From Promethearchaeum syntrophicum (GTDB lineage: Archaea; Asgardarchaeota; Lokiarchaeia; Sigyniarchaeales; Promethearchaeaceae): a stretch of 32,000 nt of DNA. How positions within the stretch are numbered: position 1 is the first letter of the stretch; each line of letters opens with the position of its first letter. This document shows positions 17,044-25,544 of this stretch, in pieces. Both the position numbers and the translations under genes were made by a program. The DNA is taken from the NCBI RefSeq assembly GCF_008000775.2, contig NZ_CP042905.2, forward strand, positions 2,160,001 through 2,192,000, given 5' to 3'. The notes beneath the pieces were generated by a model. That model searched no databases. It saw only the letters and a program-made list of their open reading frames with translations, and was not told the origin of the DNA.

Positions 17044-17195
17044 ATCTCTTACGATATCATTAAAGTGGGTTTTTCATCCCCGTTTCTTAAAATTTATAGG
17101 CAATTCAGTTAATATTGTCCTCAAGGAAAGGTGTTTTTTACATACTATTCATAACTTGAGTTTTAATTATATAAAAAAGAAACCAGTTGAAAATT

Positions 17196-17816
17196 ATGAA
17201 CATTGATAAATTTAATATATTAAGCGTAGGTGTAGGAGGACAAGGGGTAATCCGAGTAACTCAAATACTCGCTTCTGCTGCCCTACTAGACGATTATCAT
17301 GTGAGGACTGCTGAAACGCATGGTATGGCGCAACGAGGAGGTTCAGTTTCAGGTTATTTACGATTTGGTGAACATGTTGATGGTCCTTTAATTCCTGCGG
17401 GATTAGCAGATATTATAATTGCATTAGAACCTCTTGAAGCAGTTCGGAATATGAAATATGTAGGGAAAAAATCAATAATTTTACTTAACGATAAGCAAAT
17501 TTTACCACTTTCAATTTATCAATCAAAAAAGATTGTTTATCCAAAATTTGATGAGATACTAGCGAATTTAAAGAAGATAACCACTAATGTTTTTTTCATA
17601 AAAGCCACAGAATTAGCAGAAAAGGCAGGGAATGCTAAAACGTCAAATGTAATTATGTTAGGGGTAATCTTTGGAACAGGAATTTTACCTCTTTCAAAAG
17701 AAAATCTTGAAAAATCTATTTTAAAATATGTTCCTTCAAAAGCTATTGAAGTCAATAAAATAGCATTCAATATCGGAATAGAAGAAGGTCAAAAAATGAG
17801 GAGTGAATTAAATTGA
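17196..17816 (+). CDS. iorB: indolepyruvate:ferredoxin oxidoreductase subunit beta
   Basis: ILSVGVGGQGVIRVTQIL...ETHGMAQRGGSVSGYLRFG is the typical IorB/2-oxoacid:Fd oxidoreductase gamma-type domain. The ORF-track start at 17187 is a TTG, so the ATG at 17196 is preferred. Confidence 0.88.
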   Translation: MNIDKFNILSVGVGGQGVIRVTQILASAALLDDYHVRTAETHGMAQRGGSVSGYLRFGEHVDGPLIPAGLADIIIALEPLEAVRNMKYVGKKSIILLNDKQILPLSIYQSKKIVYPKFDEILANLKKITTNVFFIKATELAEKAGNAKTSNVIMLGVIFGTGILPLSKENLEKSILKYVPSKAIEVNKIAFNIGIEEGQKMRSELN

Positions 17817-19720
17817 GTGAAATTCCAGTAATAGCCCAGGATAATCCTGGAAAAAAAATAATTATGCTAGGTAATGAGGCGATTGCCAGAGGAATATTAG
17901 AAGCTGGAGTAGTCGTTGCGGCAGCTTATCCCGGAACCCCATCTTCTGAAATTATGCCAAGTTTAGCTAAATGCGTTCCTTCTCATCCAGAATTACGAAT
18001 GGAATGGAGTGTGAATGAAAAAGTAGCTTTTGAAATTGCTCATGCGGGATCAATGTCAAATGTGCGATCAATTGCTATAATGAAACATGTTGGGCTTAAT
18101 GTTGCATCCGATTCATTCATGACTGCTTGTTATCATGGTGTTCGTGGAGGACTAGTGGTGGTCTCAGCAGATGATCCAAGCCAATTTTCAAGTCAAAATG
18201 AACAAGACAATCGATATTTTGGTCTTCATGCCATTGTTCCTGTGTTTGAACCTTCAAATTCTCAAGAAGCGAAGGATATGCTCAAATATGCATTCCAATT
18301 CTCCGAAGAAAATAATACTCTTGTACTTTTTAGAACTACAACACGATTAAATCATGGTAGAGCTGATGTTGAATTTGGTGACATTTTAAAATTAAATCGG
18401 ACACCCGAATTTGATTGGGATCGCCAAAGATGGACATGTGTTCCTTCATCCACCAGACCTCAAAGAACCGAATTACTTCTTAGAATGAAGAAAATGGCTG
18501 AAGGAGCTGATGATTTTCCGTTTAATAAATTGACAATTAGTGATGAAAAAATTAATGGAAAACGCTATGGTTTCATTGCTACGGGAATTGCTCATGCTCA
18601 TATGATTGACTCACTAAATATTCATGGTATTAAAGATAAAGTCTCTATCTTAAAACTTGGATTGGTCAATCCTTTACCTCAGAAATTAATTAAAAAATTG
18701 ATGAATTCAGTTGATGAATTGTTAGTTGTTGAAGAATTGGAGCCAATTTTTGAAGAACAATGTAAAGCTTTCGCATATGATTGGAATTTAGGAGCTAAAG
18801 TTAGAATTCATGGAAAAGATTTCTTACCGCAGCAAGGTGAATTTAAACCTGAAACTTTGATTACACAGATTGCTAAATTCGTTGGATTAGACTATACTCC
18901 TCCCGAATCGGCAGCTTTAGATATATCAGTGCCTCCTAGATTACCACAAATGTGCCCTGCTTGTTCTCATCGTAGTATTTATTGGATAATGAAACAATAT
19001 TCAAAGAAACATAAAATGAAATTCATAAATAACAACGATATTGGATGTTATTCCTTAGGTCTTTATAAACCACTCGAAATGGTTGATACTATGTTATGCA
19101 TGGGCGCATCCATTGGTATGGCAAATGGGTTTGCCAAAATAATGCCAGATAATATATTAATTACGGCATTTCTAGGGGATTCCACATTCTTCCATTCAGG
19201 TGTAGCGCCTCTAATTAATGCAGTTTACAATAGAAACGATATGCTTATCATTATTTCTGATAATAGCTTTACAAGTATGACTGGTGGACAAGATAATCCT
19301 TCTAATGGAAAAACACTTACCAAAGAACCAGGAACAAAAATTCTTATTGAAGATGTTGTGAAAGGATGCGGTGTTCCCGAAGAAAATATTTGGGTGCATG
19401 AAGCTTATGATATGGAAGGATTGAAGGAAAAATTTGAGCAAGCGGCAAACGCTAAGGGCGTTCGGGTATTTATTCCTCGACATATGTGTTCTCTTCAAGA
19501 AATGCGCATTGTGAAGAAAAATAAAATTAAGCTTCCAGTCGTTAAAGTGAATCCTGATGTTTGCATAGGATGTCAAACCTGTGTTCGGCAATTTGGGTGC
19601 CCGGCAATTAATTTTGATTATAAAACTCTTAAATCTTCTATTGATCAAGAACAATGTCGAGGATGCAAAACATGTTTATATATTTGCCCCTCAAACGCTT
19701 TTTATGTTGTTGAAGAGTAG
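17813..19720 (+). CDS. iorA: indolepyruvate:ferredoxin oxidoreductase subunit alpha
   Basis: LGNEAIARGILEAGV N-terminus, TPP-binding GDSTFFHSG, and two C-terminal 4Fe-4S motifs (CIGCQTCVRQFGCP, CRGCKTCLYICP). The TTG start overlaps the iorB stop by 4 nt (TTGA). The next in-frame ATG (17864) would truncate the conserved N-terminus. Confidence 0.88.
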   Translation: MSEIPVIAQDNPGKKIIMLGNEAIARGILEAGVVVAAAYPGTPSSEIMPSLAKCVPSHPELRMEWSVNEKVAFEIAHAGSMSNVRSIAIMKHVGLNVASDSFMTACYHGVRGGLVVVSADDPSQFSSQNEQDNRYFGLHAIVPVFEPSNSQEAKDMLKYAFQFSEENNTLVLFRTTTRLNHGRADVEFGDILKLNRTPEFDWDRQRWTCVPSSTRPQRTELLLRMKKMAEGADDFPFNKLTISDEKINGKRYGFIATGIAHAHMIDSLNIHGIKDKVSILKLGLVNPLPQKLIKKLMNSVDELLVVEELEPIFEEQCKAFAYDWNLGAKVRIHGKDFLPQQGEFKPETLITQIAKFVGLDYTPPESAALDISVPPRLPQMCPACSHRSIYWIMKQYSKKHKMKFINNNDIGCYSLGLYKPLEMVDTMLCMGASIGMANGFAKIMPDNILITAFLGDSTFFHSGVAPLINAVYNRNDMLIIISDNSFTSMTGGQDNPSNGKTLTKEPGTKILIEDVVKGCGVPEENIWVHEAYDMEGLKEKFEQAANAKGVRVFIPRHMCSLQEMRIVKKNKIKLPVVKVNPDVCIGCQTCVRQFGCPAINFDYKTLKSSIDQEQCRGCKTCLYICPSNAFYVVEE

Positions 19721-19745
19721 ATTTGATCGAATTTTCATAAAAATC

Positions 19746-19755
19746 TTTTTTTTTT
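19746..19755 (+). terminator. oligo-T (T10) tract after iorA
   Basis: T10 run 26 nt after the TAG at 19718..19720. Confidence 0.45.
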
Positions 19756-19908
19756 CAATTTTTAATTATTCTAATTGTAATCCTGCTCTTTTAGGAAGAT
19801 CTTATTCTTAGAAATTTAGACTGACTGTTAAAAAATAATTCAAAATTTTATATAGAATAACAAGGAGATGTACTACAATATGTATATTTTCAAAAAAAGG
19901 TGACAAAA

Positions 19909-22551
19909 ATGGAAATTAAACAGAATCAAAACCCTACAATTATAAAAATAATAATTGCAGCAGTAATATCGATAGGTATGATTACAGCTTTTTCTATCCC
20001 GTTTGGAATGATTCCACCTCTTGGTAACTTATTGTTCCCGGGAGATGGGATATGGGATGTACCGACTGAAGTATCGGAATATGAAGTTGTGAAGGACTCT
20101 GCACTCTCTCATGACGTAGAAGTATTTCGAGATGAATGGGGAATTCCTCATATTTATGGTTATGGTGAAGAAGACCTAATGTTCGCGCTCGGATATGTAC
20201 AAGCACAAGATAGGATGATTCAAATGGACCTTGTACGGAGATTGGCACGAGGGCGTCTATCCGAAATTGTAGGTCCTGATGCACTTGACACCGATAAATT
20301 CAATATTCTTAAATTAGAAGAATATTGGGCTAATAAATCTGTTGAAAATTTACAAGCAAGCGAAGATCCACTATATAAATCAATTTATCAAATGCTTTTA
20401 CGTTATGCTGATGGAATAAATAAGTATATTGAAACTAATCAAAATAATAAGCCATTTGAATATCAATTTTTAGATGTGGAAATTGCTCCATGGGAAATTG
20501 TTGATACATTAGTTTACGCAAAATACATGTCGGAATATTTTACATGGAGTTACAAAGATATGCAAAGATATGAAAACATGATGATTTTAGGAAGTGATAA
20601 TTATACTGAACTATATGGTTTTCCTGCTCCATATCAAATTCCCGTTACCCCAAATTATGGAGAATATGACGATATTTCTATACCTTCCAGTGAATTCAAT
20701 CCGCCTAGTTCATCTAACACAGATGAAATCAAAATGCCATCTGATAATTCAGAATTTGTCGAACCCCTACCTATGAATTTTATTTCATCCTTTTTAGATG
20801 GTTTACAAGGATTTCCCCAAGAAATACAACGAATGGAACAAGAATACATTATTGGATCAAACAATTGGGTCATTTCTGGAAATAAAACTTCCTCTGGTAA
20901 ACCTTTACTTAGCACTGACATGCATTTAGGGTTGACATTACCGGGAATGTGGCATGAAGCACACCTTGTTGACATAACCCCTGGTGCGGATCTAAATTTA
21001 TATGCTGTATTTGTTCCCGGAGTCCCTCTTCCTATTGCAGGTCATACCGATTATGTGGGGTGGGGAGAGTCGATTGCCGCCTTTGATTTAATCGATTGGT
21101 ATTATTATAATGGCATTAATGATACGCATTATGAATATAAAGGTGAAGCAAAAGCTTATGATATCATGGTAGAGTCCATCCCGATAAAAGGACAAGAACC
21201 TGAAGAATATATAATAAAATCCACCGTGCATGGTCCTGTTTTTACAGATTTAGTACCAATGTCAGAGGACTTTTCGGAAAATGTTATTGCTTGTAAATGG
21301 ACTAGTTACAATATAACTTTAGATTTTTTGGCTCTATACGGTTTTATGCATGCCAAAAATGTTTATGAATTCGATGACGCGATAAAATTCATGGATCTTC
21401 TCCCTCTTAATATAGCTTTTGGAGATGTTGAAGGAAATATCGGAATCCGTCCAAATGCTAAAGTACCAATTAGAAATGATACAGATATCCCCTCTTGGCA
21501 TCCTGGAGGTGGAGATATGCCTTATAATGGTTCGAAAGGAGAAGGTGAATGGATAGATTACTTAGATTTTGAGGATCGTCCTTATTGTATCAACCCCGAG
21601 CAAGGATTCTTATCATCAGCAAACCAATATATTGCAGGACCTGATTATCCAAATGTTGAAGTTATTAATGATGGAGGTGCTGTCGGATATCGCGCTCGTC
21701 GGATAAACAATTTACTTGCAAAGGCCACCGAATTTACAGTAGAAGACATGAAAACCATGGTACTTGATATTTATAGTGTACGTGCAGGTAATTTCACCCC
21801 ATATTTGATAGATGCGTTGGATACATTAATATCTAAAAGTGATATTCAAAAAGCTGCTTACAATGAATTACAAAATTGGGATTATTATATGGATAAAGAT
21901 TTAGTTGCACCCTCTCTCTATCATGTCTGGATTGAAGCATATTTAGAATTAACTTTTCAAGATGAACAAACCAATATGGGTAGTTTTAGTAGACCTTCTT
22001 ATGCAGTATTAGAGTATTTAACAAAGAATAATTCCGATTCCAAATGGTTTGACAACATTTCTACTCCCGAAATTGAAAACCGGGATGATATAATATTGGA
22101 TACTTTCAATATTGTTCTTGAAGGGTTAGAGGAATATTATGGAACGAATAATGTTTCTGCATGGAAATGGGGAGAAGTTCATCAAATACGGGTTGACCAT
22201 TTAATGAGTCTCCCTGGATTAGGTTTTGGACCCTATCCGATCTCAGGTGAAGCATATACGATAAATCCAAGTTACGGATCCAATTTTAATAACGGAGTAA
22301 TTAGTACTAGTTATTCCCGCGCTGGTGCTTCAGAACGTATTATTGTCGATTTTAGTAATATGAATAATAGCGTTTCGATAATTCCCTCGGGAGAAAGGGG
22401 TATTTCTAGTTCAGTTCATTATACGGATCAATTGGAAATGTGGTTAAGAGGAGAATTTCACCCACAATATTTCGATGCAAAGGATCCGGAAACTATCCAG
22501 AATTGGGCGAATATCGAATCTATTATATTATTTAAGAAGGAGGGAGATTAA
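19909..22551 (+). CDS. penicillin/acyl-homoserine-lactone acylase family Ntn-hydrolase (peptidase S45), N-terminally membrane-anchored
   Basis: RDEWGIPHIYG, FALGYVQAQDRMIQMDLVRR, and the self-processing/nucleophile region IGSNNWVISGNKTSSGKPLLSTDMHL. N-terminal hydrophobic helix IIKIIIAAVISIGMITAF. The ATG at 19909 is preceded by GGTGA-N5; the track start at 19900 is the GTG inside that SD. Confidence 0.85.
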   Translation: MEIKQNQNPTIIKIIIAAVISIGMITAFSIPFGMIPPLGNLLFPGDGIWDVPTEVSEYEVVKDSALSHDVEVFRDEWGIPHIYGYGEEDLMFALGYVQAQDRMIQMDLVRRLARGRLSEIVGPDALDTDKFNILKLEEYWANKSVENLQASEDPLYKSIYQMLLRYADGINKYIETNQNNKPFEYQFLDVEIAPWEIVDTLVYAKYMSEYFTWSYKDMQRYENMMILGSDNYTELYGFPAPYQIPVTPNYGEYDDISIPSSEFNPPSSSNTDEIKMPSDNSEFVEPLPMNFISSFLDGLQGFPQEIQRMEQEYIIGSNNWVISGNKTSSGKPLLSTDMHLGLTLPGMWHEAHLVDITPGADLNLYAVFVPGVPLPIAGHTDYVGWGESIAAFDLIDWYYYNGINDTHYEYKGEAKAYDIMVESIPIKGQEPEEYIIKSTVHGPVFTDLVPMSEDFSENVIACKWTSYNITLDFLALYGFMHAKNVYEFDDAIKFMDLLPLNIAFGDVEGNIGIRPNAKVPIRNDTDIPSWHPGGGDMPYNGSKGEGEWIDYLDFEDRPYCINPEQGFLSSANQYIAGPDYPNVEVINDGGAVGYRARRINNLLAKATEFTVEDMKTMVLDIYSVRAGNFTPYLIDALDTLISKSDIQKAAYNELQNWDYYMDKDLVAPSLYHVWIEAYLELTFQDEQTNMGSFSRPSYAVLEYLTKNNSDSKWFDNISTPEIENRDDIILDTFNIVLEGLEEYYGTNNVSAWKWGEVHQIRVDHLMSLPGLGFGPYPISGEAYTINPSYGSNFNNGVISTSYSRAGASERIIVDFSNMNNSVSIIPSGERGISSSVHYTDQLEMWLRGEFHPQYFDAKDPETIQNWANIESIILFKKEGD

Positions 22552-22552
22552 C

Positions 22553-22975
22553 ATGAGCGAAATGAATCCATCAGTTGACTTTTTTAATAAATATTCTCCC
22601 TATTTTGCCACTTTATTGACTTTTATATTATCAATGCTATTTACATTAGTCCCTTTTTGGCCTTTAACATTTGTTGCTGCTATTTTTGGAGGATTCTTAT
22701 GTAAAAATATGAACTGTGGGGCATTAAGTGCGATGATTGGAATCATAATATCATGGGGAATTTATATTATTATTGAAGTTATAGGAAATAGGACCAACAT
22801 CTTATTCGATCAATTAGGAATTTTAATAACTGGCTCATCAGGATTCGGATTTTGGCTAATTTTTATTGTTCTAATTGTTGGGGCTATTATAGGATTATTA
22901 GGCGGAACAATCGGCTCAGGAATCAGAATATTAATAGAACCAAAATTTCTTTCAAAAAAAAATCATCAAAGATAA
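22553..22975 (+). CDS. small integral membrane protein (about 4 TM helices), hypothetical
   Basis: The ATG at 22553 lies 1 nt after the acylase stop and is preceded by GGAGGGAG. The 140 aa are dominated by hydrophobic, glycine-rich segments. The upstream extension of the track ORF (22475) overlaps the acylase and is unlikely. Confidence 0.6.
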   Translation: MSEMNPSVDFFNKYSPYFATLLTFILSMLFTLVPFWPLTFVAAIFGGFLCKNMNCGALSAMIGIIISWGIYIIIEVIGNRTNILFDQLGILITGSSGFGFWLIFIVLIVGAIIGLLGGTIGSGIRILIEPKFLSKKNHQR

Positions 22976-22992
22976 ATTGAGCGAAGAAAAAA

Positions 22993-23003
22993 TTTTTTTT
23001 TTT
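22993..23003 (+). terminator. oligo-T (T11) tract after the small membrane protein gene
   Basis: The A-run/T11 sequence (GAAGAAAAAATTTTTTTTTTT) starts 9 nt after the stop, between convergent genes. Confidence 0.45.
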
Positions 23004-23042
23004 AAGTCATATATGTAAATGAAGCGTGTCAAAAAATTAAGG

Positions 23043-23052
23043 AAAAAAAAAA
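23043..23052 (-). terminator. oligo-T (T10 on the minus strand) immediately after the caspase-like gene stop
   Basis: A10 on the plus strand directly abuts the TAA (23053..23055, minus strand). Confidence 0.45.
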
Positions 23053-25215
23053 TTATATAAGCCTATTCCCGCATTCTGTACAAAATAATGACTTTCCATC
23101 TGTAATTGGTGCACCACAATTGGTACAAAACTTGAATTTTGCTTTTTGATTTGAAAAATTATCGAATTCATCAAAAATGAAAGAATTGGAGGAACTTGAT
23201 GTTTCTGGTGGGCTATTATCACTCCCAAAAGTTCCTATTGAAGGATTTGTGCCATATATTTGAAAACTACTTGGGGAGTCTCGAATTGGAACTCTCGGCT
23301 TTGGTTTATAGAATTTTTTCCTCCAGATTATAGCAGAAATTGATAAAAATCCAATAACTCCAAGAGTAATAGAAATTCCCCGCATCATAGGATTGCTTAT
23401 CGATTTCAAAGGATTTGTATTTCTGTCGATTTCCTCTTTATCGGTATATTGATCATCATCTGTATCCATATCTAATGGGTCCGTTCCATAAGAAAATTCT
23501 TCAGAATTGATAAGTCCATCACCATCAGGATCGTCAGTTGCATCATCAACTAGCGGATTTGTTCCTTTAAAATATTCCCAACCGTCAGGCATTCCGTCAT
23601 AATCCGTATCTAAAGATAAAGAATCCGTCCCAATTTGAAGCTCAATATCATCGGATAACTCATCATTATCCCAATCTGAATCCCAGAGATTAAAACCAAT
23701 TTCAAATTCATAAGCATCAGAAAGTGAATCACCGTCAAAATCACCACTATAAGATAATCCTAAAGGAGTTAATTCTATGGATTCATTATCAATTTCTGAA
23801 AAACCATTATTAGTTTGAATTGCTTTAAAAGTAATACCCGAAATATCATGACCCGTTAAACTTGAAGCAAATAATTTTTGTTGCCAACCAGCGCTGTTTT
23901 GAATGTTTTCCTCTATTTCGGATCTCACTATTGTTTGTTCTGTAAAATCATAATATACTAATATTAATTTTCCTACTCCAAGACCGCTAAGAGCAAATTC
24001 AATTTGTACTTGGTCATTTCCAGATGGAATAACCGAATTTATCTTCCCATTCGGTTCAAGTATTAATTCACCATCAATTCCATCATATTCCTCAGGATGA
24101 TGAGTAAATCCTAAATAAGTTGACCGATCGACTGTAGAATTATAAATCGCTTCAAAATTTTCTTCATATGATATCACTCCATCATTATTAATATCTGAAT
24201 TATTATCCCACGAATTCAAAAAACTATAAGAAAATACTCCATTTTCACGATACGGATCTTCCAATGAGTATTCTGAACTATTACTTGCTGATATTACATA
24301 TCTATCCGTTTGAGCAAAATCTCGAGCAACGCCTCCACTATGGCAAGAATCCAACAGTGTAACGACCTGACCAGGAACTTCATTAAAATAAGAATTTAGC
24401 GTAGATCCATTTAACCCTGAGTCCAATCCATCATGTGTATTTATGCAATATGAATCTTCCCAGTAACCTACTTCAACTAAATCGATTTCAAATCCCCACT
24501 CGGTTATTGAATAATCAGTGTACAAATTAACATAGATGTCATCACAAGGTATCCAACCAGACCATAAATCGGTATAATCATTATCATATAAAACATAAGC
24601 AGGCCATCTGTCATCATTATCTCCAATATAAATTTCATCAATTTCATCTTCAAGTTCAATTTTTGTAAAGTGAACCCTCATTAGTTCTGCCCCTGGATGA
24701 GAATAATGCCAATAATCATCCATATTATTAGAATATGGATGATTGCTTGCTACATTCCAGCTATATTGAATTGAAGATATTTCTTGAGATCCATGCCCTG
24801 AATAAGAAAAGAATAACACATCATTTTCATTCATCACATCGGAAAAATTGCTAATAGCATAAGAAATATCAGGGATAGTCACCTCAGAATCTATTAATTT
24901 AACGATATTTGAATCAGGTATATGGTAGTTATCTAGGATAAAGTTATATATCTCTTCAGCATCATCATCACAATAGCTTAAATCATTAATAGACCCGGGA
25001 TAATCACTCACTCCACAAATAATTGCATAACCTTCTCTTGGATCTTCGATTGATGAAGATTTTACCTCACCTTCAAATAAATTGTTTCCCTTAAGTTTCT
25101 CACTAATTGTTAAATTACTTTGAATAAATAAAAAGGGAGAGATAAAATTTAATGCTAATATTGAAATAAGAACTATTTCTCTTACAGAAACTTTAGTTTT
25201 ACTCATTTTTATCAT
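23053..25215 (-). CDS. membrane-anchored caspase-fold (peptidase C14-like) protein with CUB-like insertion, beta-sandwich region, thrombospondin-type-3-like Ca-binding repeats, TM helix and C-terminal zinc ribbon
   Basis: N-terminal signal/anchor. YAIICGVSDYPG...DDDAEE...VLFFSYSGHG (catalytic His 141) and VVTLLDSCHSGG (catalytic Cys 291). Five DxDxDGxxDxxE-like repeats (aa ~490-600). TM helix ISITLGVIGFLSISAIIW. CTNC-x12-CTEC zinc ribbon at the C-terminus. An alternative start exists at 25206. Confidence 0.8.
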   Translation of the reverse strand: MIKMSKTKVSVREIVLISILALNFISPFLFIQSNLTISEKLKGNNLFEGEVKSSSIEDPREGYAIICGVSDYPGSINDLSYCDDDAEEIYNFILDNYHIPDSNIVKLIDSEVTIPDISYAISNFSDVMNENDVLFFSYSGHGSQEISSIQYSWNVASNHPYSNNMDDYWHYSHPGAELMRVHFTKIELEDEIDEIYIGDNDDRWPAYVLYDNDYTDLWSGWIPCDDIYVNLYTDYSITEWGFEIDLVEVGYWEDSYCINTHDGLDSGLNGSTLNSYFNEVPGQVVTLLDSCHSGGVARDFAQTDRYVISASNSSEYSLEDPYRENGVFSYSFLNSWDNNSDINNDGVISYEENFEAIYNSTVDRSTYLGFTHHPEEYDGIDGELILEPNGKINSVIPSGNDQVQIEFALSGLGVGKLILVYYDFTEQTIVRSEIEENIQNSAGWQQKLFASSLTGHDISGITFKAIQTNNGFSEIDNESIELTPLGLSYSGDFDGDSLSDAYEFEIGFNLWDSDWDNDELSDDIELQIGTDSLSLDTDYDGMPDGWEYFKGTNPLVDDATDDPDGDGLINSEEFSYGTDPLDMDTDDDQYTDKEEIDRNTNPLKSISNPMMRGISITLGVIGFLSISAIIWRKKFYKPKPRVPIRDSPSSFQIYGTNPSIGTFGSDNSPPETSSSSNSFIFDEFDNFSNQKAKFKFCTNCGAPITDGKSLFCTECGNRLI

Positions 25216-25544
25216 TTCTTTATGTTTTAAATTATAATTTTTCTTGAATATATGATTATAAAATTATATAAAAGAAATATTTTTCACACAATTAAGTTTA
25301 TTGATATTTTCCAAATAGGAAATTAAGTATATATAATGTAAGTAGAATTTTTAGAGATTTTTTGTAAGACGAAGTTAATAAGGAATAATTTTTTGGATAT
25401 TTTGAAAAAGATGGAATATCAATATGAAGTAAATAAAAATATCTTTGAGATTCTTGAAAAAATCATTGTTTTCAAATAGAAGCAATCATACTTTTTTCGT
25501 TCTACATAAAAAAATTAATATTTTTTCTTAATTCTAATTAAATT

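Noticed and set aside
22475-22552. Upstream extension of the small membrane protein ORF (start at 22475)
   Set aside because: The extension overlaps the acylase 3' end in another frame and encodes a basic, non-membrane leader. The ATG at 22553 has a strong GGAGGGAG SD.
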